Source: Octopus sinensis (taxonomy: Eukaryota). From it: DNA of 64,000 bases. Positions 1 to 12,493 of the stretch are shown in pieces. The notes under the pieces were generated by a model, which was not told the DNA's origin, made no database searches, and was given only the letters and a program-made list of their open reading frames with translations. The stretch's first letter is position 1; each line of letters starts with the position of its first letter. The position numbers and the translations under genes were made by a program. The stretch spans positions 9,362,001 to 9,426,000 of the forward strand of contig NC_043024.1 in assembly GCF_006345805.1 (NCBI RefSeq), written 5' to 3'.

Positions 1-1313
1 TAATACTTTAATTGTTCCACGTGTTGTTGTTTTTTCTGTTTTCCCGTTTGGATTAACCTTATATATATATATATATACATATATGTGTGTGTGTGTCTGT
101 GTTTGTCCCCCTAGCATTGCTTGACAACCGATGCTGGTGTGTTTATGTCCCCGTCACTTAGCGGTTCGGCAAAAGAGACCGATAGAATAAGTACTGGGCT
201 TACAAAAGAATAAGTCCCGGGATCGAGTTGCTCGATTAAAGGCGGTGCTCCAACATGGCCGCAGTCAAATGACTGAAACAAGTAAAAGAGTATATGTGTT
301 CCCCCCAGCTGGACAGGACACCAGTCCATCTCAGCGTTACTCAAGAAACAGGAAGAAAGAGTGAGAGAAAGTTGAGGTGAAAGAGTGTAATAGGGGTTGC
401 CACCACCCCCTGCCTGAGCCTCGTGGAGCTTTTAGGTGTTTTCGCTCAATAAACACACACAACACCGGGTCTGGGAATCGAAACCGCGATCCTCCGACCG
501 CAAGTCCGCTGCCCTAACCACTGGGCCATTGCACCTCCACATACAAAACACATTAACTTAACAGTAATAAAATTTTGAGTGGATATGTTTGCTTTCTGCA
601 TTCAGAGGGTTATATAAAATAGATAAGGGCTTGTTTTTCATATTTAATTATTTACCAGTTTTGACTGAATTTTAATTTCTTCTTTTTGGCAGGAAGTAAT
701 CAAAATGAACATTACAAGAGGCAAAACATTACTGCAGAAATTCAAGGGATCCGTTCAAAGGGCTGAAGTATCCTGATGGCATTTTTAATGTTCCCAAAAT
801 AGACTCTCTCTCTCTCTCACTCCCCCTTATCAACAAACCTCATAACAATTGCATATATATATATATATACACACACAAAAATAAGCAACAAGAATGACTC
901 CGGTAATTTGGCACAATTGTTTCACACTACAACATTTTATTTAAAGTTATAAATATTACAGCAGATTTAAGATGCTGAGTGCTCTTCAGCCAATTATATA
1001 GGTTTTATATAAATATAAATTTTTATGGGTAACACCATACAAAATTCTGGTGCATCTAAATTAAGGACCATATTCATTTGAATCTAAATTGTTGCTGATC
1101 TTATATATATATAATATATATATAAATGGAGTTTAATGCAGGTATAATTCCATGGAAACCCAAGTTTCTACCTTTAAAAACAAGGGGTTACAACCTCTTT
1201 ACTTGTGTGATTTTTTGCTACCCTGATAACTATTTATCTATTTTTTCCGTGTTAATTGTTAACAAGGGAAAAATACACTCATCTATTTATATATATATAT
1301 ATAATATACATGC

Positions 1314-1354
<41 letters not shown>

Positions 1355-1367
1355 CATATATACATGC

Positions 1368-1421
<54 letters not shown>

Positions 1422-1479
1422 AGAGATAAGAAATGGAATTCACAAGACTCTTCATTCAGAAACACTACAATCGTTTCGA

Positions 1480-1572
1480 TTACAGGTGAGATGCTGTACA
1501 ATCAACTGTCATACATGATAGGTACAGACACATCTCCTCAGGTGACTTTACAAAGAAGTCCTTCCTTCTCAC
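1480..1572 (-). CDS. Possible terminal coding exon of an unidentified gene (VRRKDFFVKSPEEMCLYLSCMTVDCTASHL*)
   Basis: Acceptor tccttagtttacag|GTG and an open frame to TAA in non-repetitive sequence. No homology recognised, and the opposite strand is also open. Confidence 0.15.
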   Translation of the reverse strand: MRRKDFFVKSPEEMCLYLSCMTVDCTASHL

Positions 1573-2026
1573 CTGTAAACTAAGGATGCATGATGAGTCA
1601 AAACAATCATACTGGTTCTGAATAGAGACTTCAGAGTTCCATTTTCTACCTCTCATCATTTTATATAATAAACTCTATGGACATGAAGGAATTCCTGAAG
1701 TAAATCCACTGCCATAAACATCCATACTGTCGTTGACATCAGATAGCCGAATACTGCGGAGAGGATTTAAACAGCACACTACAAGGTGTCTACCAAAATA
1801 TAAGATTATTACTGTATATATGTAATTGATTATCTTAATCCTGAGATTAAGATTATCAGTCAAGTGATAAAGAACTCAATCTGCATAGTGATTTTTTATA
1901 TATTGGAATCATTAGTAAAGGTGTAATCATTGATTGTAAATAAAAAAAAAATTTAATATATCTGTTTGTCTATCTGGTAATACATATTTTGTCTCTCTGC
2001 CTCTTTTTCTCTCTAAATATATATAC

Positions 2027-2442
2027 CAGTGGTTTTCAACCAGGGTTCCGCCAGCACAGTCCAGGGGTTCCACAAGAAGTTACAAAACTGCTAAAATCGG
2101 CAGTGATTTTTAATTCTCCTGTGCAGACATGTGTGCATAAGACTATTAAATTATTGCACAGGGGTTCCTCGAGCCAGTGGAATGTTTCCTTGGGGTTCCG
2201 CTCCAGCAAAAAGTTTGAAAAGCACTGATATATATATATATTAGTGGTTTTCAACCAGGGTTCCGCCAGTACAGTCCAGGGGTTCCGCAAGAAGTTACAA
2301 AACTGCTAAAATCGGCAGTGATTTTTAATTCTCCTGTGCAGATATGTGTGCATAAGACTATTAAATTATTGCACAGGGGTTCCTCGAGCCAGTGGAATGT
2401 TTCCTTGGGGTTCCGCTCCAGCAAAAAGGTTGAAAAGCACTG
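2027..2442. mobile_element. Two tandem ~200-bp hAT-like MITEs (2027-2227, 2242-2442); a third 3' fragment at 2813-2849
   Basis: CAGTGGTTTTCAA...TTGAAAAGCACTG termini; near-perfect 8-bp flanks atatatac/atatatat on copy 1. Confidence 0.8.
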
Positions 2443-3265
2443 TTCTAGAAATACAGAAACACATCACTAAAATCTCAAAGTTACCAGGCGATACATTGTA
2501 TCCTTGAGCAAAACACTTCACTCCCTATTGCTCCAGCCCACTCAACTGGCTAAAATGAGTAATTTTAAAATGGACCAGCCTCCCATCTAGGGATGGAATA
2601 CATACACACCCCAGAATCTAGAGAAACCCAGTCTTATGGCGCTTGGGCCCTTTTCATATATATATTGAGAGAGAACACAAACATGGCATTCCTGCACAGC
2701 TAGAACCACAATATTTACCAGAAATCCCTTCCCAAATCACCCGAGACTGTGTATCACGTCATACAACACTAAATCCACCTCATATTACAATAGAGATTGC
2801 TTCTAACCACCCTGGGGTTCCGCTCCAGCAAAAAGTTTGAAAAGCACTGATATACACACACACACACACATATACACATGTAGGAATATGATGTAAAAAT
2901 CAAAACGGAACTTGGAAATTAATAGAAAATAACGAAGGGCAAATTAACACGAGACCAGATTCAAGTATAGTTTTGGTGCATTTAATAGCTGATGACTTCA
3001 AATTCCACGGGAGGAGATGTAAAAAGAAAACATTTGTCGCAAATTTTTTTTTTTTTTTTTGCTAAAAAGATGGTCCAGAGTATTTCCAAGAGCACCGTGA
3101 AAAACAAAAAATCTGAAAAATCCCCGTCAAAACGGAGACATTCCAACTTGGTGCTTCCTAAGTCCGATGTGTGCTCCACTTGGTACCCTAGCCTAGAGCT
3201 ACTAGTTGCTTTTCTACATCCTTAGTCATTTCATCAAAGCACCGTGACTCTGATGTGTTACTTAA

Positions 3266-4158
3266 CCCTTTCGTTACCATATTTCTTTTGAGATGTTCTG
3301 TGTTTCTTTCAATCATTTTAAATATAACAAAGAAATTAGTAAAATAACTTAATTATCATTAAGCTAGTGTTAGGAACATAAATTGTGACTAAGGTTTGAT
3401 GGAAGATTTTAATTCAAAACTTTTGAAAACAAGACATTTGTACTACAGAGCCAGAGGCAGTTTCAGCCAGGTTGGTATCAAAAGGGTTAAATTAATCATT
3501 TGTTAACCCTTTTGTTACCATATTTCTGTTGAGATGCTCTGTGTTTCTTTCAATTAATTTTGAATATAACAAAGAATTTAGTAAAATAACTTAGTTATCA
3601 TTCAGCTAGTGTTAGGAACATAAGTTGTGACTAAGGTTTGGTGGAAGATTTTAATTCAAAACTTATGAAAACAAGACATTTGTACTCAGAGCCACAGCCG
3701 GTTTCAGCCAGGTTGGTATCAAAAGGGTTAAATTAATCATTTGTTAACCCTTTTGTTACCATATTTCTGTTGAGATGCTCTGTGTTTCTTTCAATTAATT
3801 TTGAATATAACAAAGAATTTAGTAAAATAACTTAGTTATCATTAAGCTAGTGTTAGGAACATAAATTGTGACTAAGGTTTGGAGGAAGATTTTAATTCAA
3901 AACTTATGAAAACAAGAGATTTGTACTCAGAGCCAGAGGCGGTTTCAGTCGGGTTGGTATCAAAAGGGTTAAATATAACAAAGAATTTAGTAAAATAACT
4001 TAGTTATCATTAAACTAGTGTTAGGAGTATAAATTGTGGAAGACTTTAATTCAAAGCTTATGAAAACAAGACATTTGTACTACAAAGCCAAAGACTGTTT
4101 CAGTCGGGTTGGTAACGAAAGGGCTAAATATAACAAAGAATTTAGTAAAATAACTTAG
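3266..4158. mobile_element. Tandem array of a 221-bp piggyBac-like MITE (three full copies, 241-bp period, plus two partial copies)
   Basis: TTAA|CCCTTT(C/T)GTTACC ... GGTA(T/A)CAAAAGGG|TTAA. Copies start at 3266, 3507 and 3748. Confidence 0.85.
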
Positions 4159-5155
4159 CAAACTGATTTAAATGATGATAAATAACACCAATATTATATT
4201 CATTAGTAACGGATTAAAATAATCATAAATTTCTTTTCTTAGAACATATGTTAAAAAAACAGTTATAGAAAATATGGAAACTTTCTTACCTTCACTCTAA
4301 AAATCGGACTGACATCAGTCTTGTGAAAGTATATTGAAGTCAACTTGTTGCTAAGAACTGAGATATATCTTTTACTCTTTACTCTTTTACTTGTTTCAGT
4401 CATTTGACTGCGGCCATGCTGGAGCACCGCTTTTAGTCGAGCAAATCGACCCCGGGACTTATTCTTTTGTAAGCCCAGTACTTATTCTATCGGTCTCTTT
4501 TTGCCGAACCACTAAGTGACAGGGACGTAAGCAAGCTACTTACCACACAGCCACTTCTGCGCCTATATACATACACATTCTTGTATATGAGTGTGCATAG
4601 ATAGCTAGACAGATGGACAAATAGATGAATGTATACAAATGTGCATGAAAAAACACACACACACACATATTTAGGAGTGGCTGTGTGGTAAGTAGCTTGC
4701 TTACCAACTACATGGTTCCAGGTTCAGTCCCACTGCATGGCACCTTGGGCAAGTGTCTTCTACTATAGCCTCGGGCTGACCAAAACCTTGTGAGTGGATT
4801 TGGTAGACGGAAACTGAAAGAAGCCCGTCATATGTATATATACATGTAGGAGTGGCTGTGTGGTAAGTAGCTTGCTTACCAACCACATGGTCTGGGTTCT
4901 GTCCCACTGCGTGGCACCTTGGGCAAGTGCTGTGTGGTAAGTAGCTTGCTTACCAACCACATGGTTTGGGTTCTGTCCCACTGCGTGGCACCTTGGGCAA
5001 GTGCTGTGTGGTAAGTAGCTTGCTTACCAACCACATGGTTTGGGTTCTGTCCCACTGCGTGGCACCTTGGGCAAGTGTCTTCTACTATTGCCTCGGGCTG
5101 ACCAAAACCTTGTGAGTGGATTTGGTAGACGGTAACTGAAAAGAAGCCCGTCGTA

Positions 5156-5186
<31 letters not shown>

Positions 5187-5837
5187 GCATGCCTGTGTTT
5201 GTCCCCCTAGCATTGCTTGACAACCGATGCTGGTGTGCTTATGACCCCGTTACTTAGTGGTTCAGTAAAAGCGACCGATAGAGTACTGGGCTTACAAAAG
5301 AATAAGTCCCGGGGTCGAGTTGCTCGATTAAAGGCGGTGCTCCAGCATGGCCGCAGTCAACTGACTGAAACAAGTAAAAGAGTAAAAGAGTAAGAGTATA
5401 CAAACATACATACATATATATATATATATATTTCTCTTTTACTTTTACTCTTTTACTTGTTTCAGTCATTAGACTGCGGCCATGCTGGAGCACCGCCTTT
5501 AGTCGAGCCCATCGACCCCAGGACTTATTCTTTGTAAGCTTAGTACTTATTCTGTCGGTCTCTTTTGCTGAACCGCTAAGTGATGGGGACGTAAACACAC
5601 CAGCATCGGTTGTCAAGCAATGCTAGGGAGACAAACACAGACACACAAACATATACACACACATACATACATATATATATATATACATATACACGATGAG
5701 CTTCTTTCAGTTTCCGTCTACCAAATCCGCTCACAAGGCATTGGTCGGCCCGGGGCTATAGCAGAAGACACTTGCCCAAGATGCCACGCAGTGGGACCGA
5801 ACCCGGAACCATGTGGCTGGTAAGCAAGCTACTTACC

Positions 5838-6645
5838 AAATATAACAATAAGGGTTTTGCAACAAGTTGCTTGACCACATACCAAAAATTTTAGAAATAG
5901 CAGCCAAAGGACTACTATTTCCTTTTTCTACAAAAATATGTCTCCACATGTCTTTTTTGCCACATGTGAGTTACAAATGTTGTTGTCTGGGGAGACATAT
6001 CTTTGTAGAAAAAAGAAATAGTAGTCCTTTGGCTGCTATTTCTAAAATTTTCCGTATGTGGTTAAACAACTTGTTTGTTTTTTATTACCCACAAGAGGCT
6101 AAACACAGAGGGGACAAACAAGGACATACAAACGGATTAAGTCGATTACATTGACCCCAGTGCATAACTGGTACTTATTTTATCGACCCCGAAAGGACGA
6201 AAGGCAAAGTCGGCCTCGGCGGAATTTGAACTCAGAACGTAGTGGCAGACGAAATACCCATTTCTTTACTACCCACAAGGGCCTAAACACAGAGGGGACG
6301 AACAAGGACAGACAAACGGATTAAGTCGATTACATCGACCCCCAGTGCATAACTGGTACTTAATTTGTCGACATTGGCGGAATTTGAACTCAAAACGTAG
6401 CGACGGGCGAAATACCTATTTCTTTACTACCCACAAGGGGCTAAACACAGAGGGGACAAACAAGGACAGACAAACGGATTAAGTCGATTACATCGACATC
6501 AGTGCATAACTGGTACTTAATTTATTGACCCTGAAAGGATGAAAGGTAAAGTCGACCTCGGCAGAATTTGAACTCAGAACGCAGCAGCAGACGAAATACC
6601 ACAAAGCATTTCGCCCAACATTGCTAAACCCTTATTGTTATATTT
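5838..6645. mobile_element. Foldback (MITE-like) element with ~110-bp arms; right arm split by a SINE trimer (6080-6620)
   Basis: aaatataacaataagggttttgcaa...ctcc is inverted at 5990-6074 and completed at 6620-6645. Confidence 0.8.
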
Positions 6646-8375
6646 ATATATATAAAAAACTTTTTGTATAAGTTTTTACCGAATATGGTCCTTTTCCATA
6701 CCGAAATACTACTAGGTGAAATTTGTTGATTTTATTAAATTAATTATCTTTCACCCTATATCTGTAAATATATATATATATACGCGCAGGAGTGGCTGTC
6801 TGGTAAGTAGCTTGCTAACCAGCCACATGGTTCCGGGTTCAGTCCCACTGCGTGGCATCTTGGGCAACTGTCTTCTGCTATAGCCCTGGGCCAACCAATG
6901 CCATGTGAGTGGATTTGGAAGACGGAAACTGAAAGAAGCCTGTCGTATATATGTATATATATATATATGTGTGTGTGTGTGTTTGTGTGTCTGTGTTTGT
7001 CCCCCTAGCATTGCTTGACAACCGATGCTGGTATGTTTACGTCCCCGTAACTTAGCGGTTCGGCAAAAAAGATTGATAGAATAAGTTCTGGGCTTACAAA
7101 GAATAAGTCCCGGGGTCGATTTGCTCGACTAAAGGCAGTGCTCCAGCATGGCCACAGTCAAAATGACTGAAACAAGTAAAAGAGTAAAAGAGAATATATA
7201 TATATATATATACACATTCATACTTTTTTTTACACACATTTTTCAGGAGTGTTCTGTTTCCCCTCTTTTCCCTGTTGTCCCAAAAGGGAATTGAATTATT
7301 TGGTGTCTCTAAAGTGGCAAAAATCTATTTTTAGTTATCGAAAAAGAAAATCTATTATGTGAGGTATACTTGCCATCACAATATGGCTAACCACTAAGGG
7401 TGGGTGTAACCGTAGCTTGTAGCCCCAGGAAAACACCGTCTCCAGCTGGCTTTAGGCAAACTTTCTGTGCCCTTATGGTTTGCAAATACCATAAGGGCAC
7501 AGATAGTGTGCAAGTATACCTCGCGGTTTCGATTCCCAGACCGGGCGTTGTGAGTGTTTATTGAGCGAAAACACCTAAAAGCTCCACGAGGCTCCGGCAG
7601 GGTGTGGTGGTGAACCCTGCTGTACTCTTTCACCACAACTTTCTCTCACTCTTTCTTCCTGTTTCTCTTGTACCTGTATTTCAAGGGGCCGGCCTTGTCA
7701 CATCCTGTGTGTCACGCTGAATCTCCCCGAGAACTACGTTAAGGGTACACATGTCTGTGGAATGCTCAGCCACTTGCACGTTAATATCACGAGCAAGCTG
7801 TTCCGTTGATCATATCAGCTGGGACCCTCATCGTCGCAACCGACGGAGTGCTCCTATAGTGTGCAAATATACCTCACATTGTCGTGCAGTTACTGTTTAT
7901 ATCTCGTTCAGAGATTTATTATTGATTAAAATCTATTACATTTTTTGTATATTAAAAGAGAGCCGCTTCATGCCTGATAATGGGGAGGTGGTGGTGAGGG
8001 AGGCCTTCCTGTATTGGGTGCTATATACCCTTCACAGCATGGCCCCTCCCCATATCAAGATGCCTGGCACATAGGAGGTGGTGGAAGGTTTCTTGTATTG
8101 AGTGCTACATACCCTTCATAGCAGACACCCCACTCCAAATATCAGAGGGGCATTTGCGCCCTCTGATATAAACCTGGCCCTGATCCCAGGTACTTTTATT
8201 GGTGTACCCTTCTGCCTATACTTCGATATTGGCATTCACTCCAAGTCCCCGTTTTGAGAATATGTCCCTATCTTCCTGCTACCAGCCTCATTGCGAAAAG
8301 CGGGCCGCATTAAATATGGATCATCATCATGCGGGCCGCACTAATAAAAAAATATTCAAGATAATTTTTGGATCT

Positions 8376-8786
8376 TTTCGGTTTGAACGGCAGTTTTTTC
8401 TAGCAGTGTTATATGAAATTGTCACCCATAATTATGACCCTAGTATCGATCTATTGCATTTCAATCTGTTTTAGGGTTAGGGTTAGGGGTGGGGGGAAGG
8501 GTATCTTTTTTTCTTCACAAATGTAAATAAACCTAATCTGTTTCTTAAACGAGGGACATATTCATACAGCACAGAATGTTTTTTTTTTTACCTCAATAGA
8601 TGTCATTGATTGGTTGAAATCGCAGAAATTGAAGAAAAAAAACAACAAATATCTTACAAACCATAGAATTTTCTCAATAAAGCCAAGAGAAAAAGATGTT
8701 TTATAAACACTTTCTACCAGTATACGAAGTTTAAAAGTGTTTAGTTACGTGGAAATTATTTTAAAAAACTGCCGTTCAAACCGAAA
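8376..8786. mobile_element. Non-autonomous TIR element containing (TTAGGG)-like repeats
   Basis: 23-bp inverted termini tttcggtttgaacggcagttttt / aaaaactgccgttcaaaccgaaa; internal ttagggttagggttagggg. Confidence 0.7.
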
Positions 8787-8935
8787 GGTTCTGCTGCATT
8801 AAATATGGATCATCATAATGTGGGCCGCACTAATAAAAAAATATTCAAGATAATTTTTCGTTAATGGTGCCATTCGGAAAATTTCACAGGTCGCAGTATG
8901 CCCACGACTGTCTTAAAAATGGTATAATGGGAGGT

Positions 8936-9712
8936 GAGCTGGCAGAAACGTTAGCACGCCGGGCGAAATGCGTACCCATATTTCGTCGGCCGTTACGTTC
9001 TGAGTTCAAATTCCGCCGAGGTCGACTTTGCCTTTCATCCTTTCAGAGTCGATTAAATAAGTACCAGTTACGCACTGGGATCGATATAATCGACTTAATC
9101 CGTTTGTCTGTCCTTGTTTATCCCCCTCTGTGTTTAGCCCCTTGTGGGTAGTAAAGAAATAGGTATTTCGTCTGCCGCTACGTTCTGAGTTCAAATTCCG
9201 CCGAGGTCGACTTTGCCTTTCATCCTTTCGGGGTCGATTAAATAAGTACCAGTTACGCACTGGAGTCGATATAATCGACTTAATCCGTTTGTCTGTCCTT
9301 GTTTGTCCCCTCTGTGTTTATCCCCTTGTGGGTAGTAAAGAAATAGGTATTTCGGCTGCCGTTACATTCTGAGTCCAAATTTCGCCGAGGTCGACTTTGC
9401 CTTTCATCCTTTCGGAGTCGATAAATTAAATACCAGTTACGCACTGGGTCGATATAATCAACTTAATACCTATGTCTGTCCTTGTTTGTTCCCTCTGTGT
9501 TTAGCCCCTTGTGGGTAGTAAAGAAATAGGTATTTCGGCTGCCGTTACGTTCTGAGTTCAAATTCTGCCGAGGTCGGCTTTGCCTTTCATCCTTTCGGGG
9601 TCGATTAAATAAGTACCAGTTACGCACTGGGGTCGATATAATCGACATAATCCGTTTGTCTATCATTGTTTGTCCCTTCTGTGTTTAGCCCCTTGTAGGT
9701 AGTAAAGAAATA
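8936..9712 (+). mobile_element. SINE family B head-to-tail tetramer (~184-bp period)
   Basis: One tRNA-like head, then units starting ~8979, 9163, 9347 and 9530; 15-bp TSD ggtataatgggaggt. The central gtcgactttgcctttcatcctttcggggtcgat resembles, from memory, the Deu/Nin SINE domain. Other arrays: 6080-6620-, 9795-10105-, 14907-15325-, 24175-24590+, 42245-42660+, 54355-54900+; fragments at 36195 and 62120. Confidence 0.9.
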
Positions 9713-10429
9713 GGTATAATGGGAGGTTTGTAGTCCGTCTTATATCGAATAAAGCATTAAATTAGAAAATAAGAGAGAGAGAGAGAGAGAGAACATACCT
9801 ATTTCTTTATTACCCACAAGGGGCTAAACACAGAGGGGACAAACAAGGACAGACAAACGGATTAAGTGGATTACATCGACCCCAGTGCGTAACTGGTACT
9901 TAATTTATCGACCCCGAAAGGATGAAAGACAAAGTCGACCTCGGCGGAATTTGAACTCAGAACGTAACGGCCGACGAAATACCTATTTCTTTACTACCCA
10001 CAAGGGACTAAACACAGAGGGGACAAACAAGGACAGACAAAGGGATTAAGTCGATTACATCGATCCCCCAGTGCGTAACTGGTACTTAATTTATCGACCC
10101 CGAAAGAACATACCACTACGAGCTCGAAGGTCGAGTGGTCAGCTGGTTAGGACAAAAAGGACGCATAAATTGGAACTTTTAAGAAGTTGGGCAATGAGCC
10201 AAAACTAACGAAAACCAGCTGAGAGAGAAAGAAGGAGGTGAATATGTCATTTCTTCGATCGTTTTGGCGACCAGCCAAGCGGAAGAAAAAAACCTACACC
10301 AAAATCCCAAAGCTAAAAAGGTCGAAACAACCAACTTCGGATCTTAGCCATGAGACATGTAACTACATAACGCTAGATTCAAGCTAAAGGACAAGTAACT
10401 ACTTCCGTCCTCCCAATGTTTTTCTCTCA

Positions 10430-10963
10430 CTCATTTTTTCTTTTTCTCTCTTTGCTCTCTGTCTTACTGTTTTTCTCTCTCTCTCTCTCTCTCTCTGTAT
10501 TACTGTTTCTCTCTCTCTCTCTGTCTTACTGTTTCTCCCTCTCTCTGTGTCGTACTGTTTCGCTCTCTCTGTGTCTTACTGTTTCTTTCCCCCTTTGTGT
10601 CTTAGTATTTCTCTCTCTCTCTCTCTCTGTCTTACTGTTTCTTTCTCTCTCTGTGTCTTACTGTTTCTCCCTCTCTCTGTGTCTTACTGTTTCTCTCTCT
10701 CTCTCTCTGTCTTACTGTTTCTCTCTTTCTCTCTGTGTCTTACTGTTTCTCTCTTTCTCTCTGTGTTTTACTGTTTCTCTCTCTCTCTCTCTCTGTTTTA
10801 CTGTTTCTCTCTCTCTCTCTCTCTGTTTTACTGTTTCTCTCTCTCTCTCTCTCTGTCTTACTGTTTCTCTCTCTCTCTCTGTCTTACTGTTTCTCTCTCT
10901 CTGTGCCTTACTGTTTCTCTCTCTCTCTGTGTCTTACTGTTTCTTCCTCTCTCTGTGTCTTAC

Positions 10964-10994
<31 letters not shown>

Positions 10995-11218
10995 TACTGT
11001 TTCTTTCCCCCTCTGTATCTTACTGTTTCTCTCTCTCTCTGTCTTACTGTTTCTCCCTCTCTCTGTGTCTCACTGTTTCTCCCTCTCTCTCTGTGTCTTA
11101 CTGTTTCTCTCTCTCTCTCCGTGTCGTACTGCTTCTCTCCCTCTCCCTGTGTGTATTACTGTTTCTCTCTCCCTCTCCCTGTGTGTATTACTGTTTCTCT
11201 CTCCCCCTCTCTCTCTCT
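10430..11218. repeat. (CT)n-rich minisatellite, ~24-30 bp unit ctctctctct-gtcttactgttt, directly upstream of the integrin ATG
   Basis: Roughly 30 visible iterations of gtcttactgttt(ct)n; the array ends ~30 nt before the ATG. Confidence 0.95.
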
Positions 11219-11248
11219 CACGCCCATTCATTCCCATTCAACAGCGAA

Positions 11249-11451
11249 ATGGCGCTAAGGACCCACGCTCGGGCGGCCGCTCGTCGCCTTTTAGCCGTTG
11301 ATTTCATAGTTTTATTGCTCTCTATGTCCACCACGGCTTATAACCTGGATACGGAATTATATATTTACAAAAAGGGACCCCCAAACAGCTTTTTTGGATA
11401 TTCTATAGCTTTTCATCAAATGCAGACCGAAAATGGACCAGACGAATTCAT
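11249..11451 (+). CDS. ITGA: Integrin alpha subunit, first coding exon (signal peptide + start of beta-propeller FG-GAP repeat 1); paralogue not assignable
   Basis: Translates MALRTHARAAARRLLAVDFIVLLLSMSTTA-YNLDTELYIYKKGPPNSFFGYSIAFHQMQTENGPDEF(I/M). It has a hydrophobic signal peptide, the canonical mature N-terminus [F/Y]NLD and a G..S.FGYS[V/I] motif. It ends at a strong donor AT|GTAAGT (intron from 11452, phase 2, as is typical for integrin alpha exon 1). Symbol is family-level only. Confidence 0.92.
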
Positions 11452-11469
11452 GTAAGTTACTTCTCATAT

Positions 11470-11506
11470 ATGTGTGTGAGTGTTTTGTTATATATATACA
11501 TACATA

Positions 11507-11564
<58 letters not shown>

Positions 11565-11743
11565 AGTGTGTTTGTATATGTTTATATATACCTATGTATA
11601 CATGTATGTGTTTTATATAGATATTATATATATTTATCACTTGTATATATATATGTGTGTATATATATATGTATTTGTATATATATACACACACACAAGT
11701 GTGTTTGTATATGTTTATATACATATGTATACATATACATGTA

Positions 11744-11782
<39 letters not shown>

Positions 11783-11874
11783 AGAAAGTGTGTTTGTAGA
11801 TGTTTATATATACATATGTATGTGTATGTATACATATACATGTATGAGTTATATTATATACGCGCAAGTATGTT

Positions 11875-11911
<37 letters not shown>

Positions 11912-11989
11912 ATGTATACATATACATGTATGTGTTATTTATATATATATACATATATATATGTGTATGTATACATATACATGTATGTG

Positions 11990-12033
<44 letters not shown>

Positions 12034-12056
12034 ATGTATACATATACATGTATGTG

Positions 12057-12100
<44 letters not shown>

Positions 12101-12121
12101 ATGTATACATGTACGTGTTAT

Positions 12122-12169
<48 letters not shown>

Positions 12170-12300
12170 AGCGTGTTATTAACCATTAGATTGCCATATA
12201 TATATATATACATACAAGCAAGTGTGTTTGTAGATGTTTATATATACATATGTATGTATGTATACATATACATGTATGTGTGTTATATATGTATGTATAT
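11470..12300. repeat. Large (TA)n/(TG)n compound microsatellite; similar blocks at 32980-33550, 35475-35642 (CA), 47380-47780, 60670-61205, 63120-63670; trinucleotide tracts at 29040-29385 (CTT), 49525-49900 (CAT), 56640-57365 (GGT/GAT)
   Basis: Directly visible. Confidence 0.97.
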
Positions 12301-12451
12301 TGTTTGCTCTTTTTTTTTTGTCTATATATAGACAGTTTATCAGTAAACAAAAGGATTACTAAATACTTTTTAGCGAAGTACATGTTTATTATACTTTTAC
12401 AAAAATAATGTTGACAGTAACGTCGAAGTTTCGACCTGATCGCATTCATCG

Positions 12452-12493
<42 letters not shown>

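Noticed and set aside
2992-3225. Exon-like ORF after a poly-T acceptor (MVQSISKSTVKNKKSEKSPSKRRHS…)
   Set aside because: Shares atttgtcgcaa…ttgctaaaaa with 38490-38710 (minus), which suggests a dispersed transposon remnant; weak donor.
4701-5823. Recurrent short ORFs such as …TCPRCHAVGLNPEPCGW and RHLPKVPRSGTEPGTMWLVSKLLTTQ
   Set aside because: They recur because they are translations of SINE A, not a gene family.
8470-8495. Interstitial telomere (TTAGGG)
   Set aside because: Only about three units, and internal to a TIR element.
10416-11248. Long Leu/Ser-rich ORFs, including the N-terminal extension of the 10547-11455 ORF
   Set aside because: Translation of the (CT)n minisatellite. The real start is ATG 11249, which gives a normal signal peptide.
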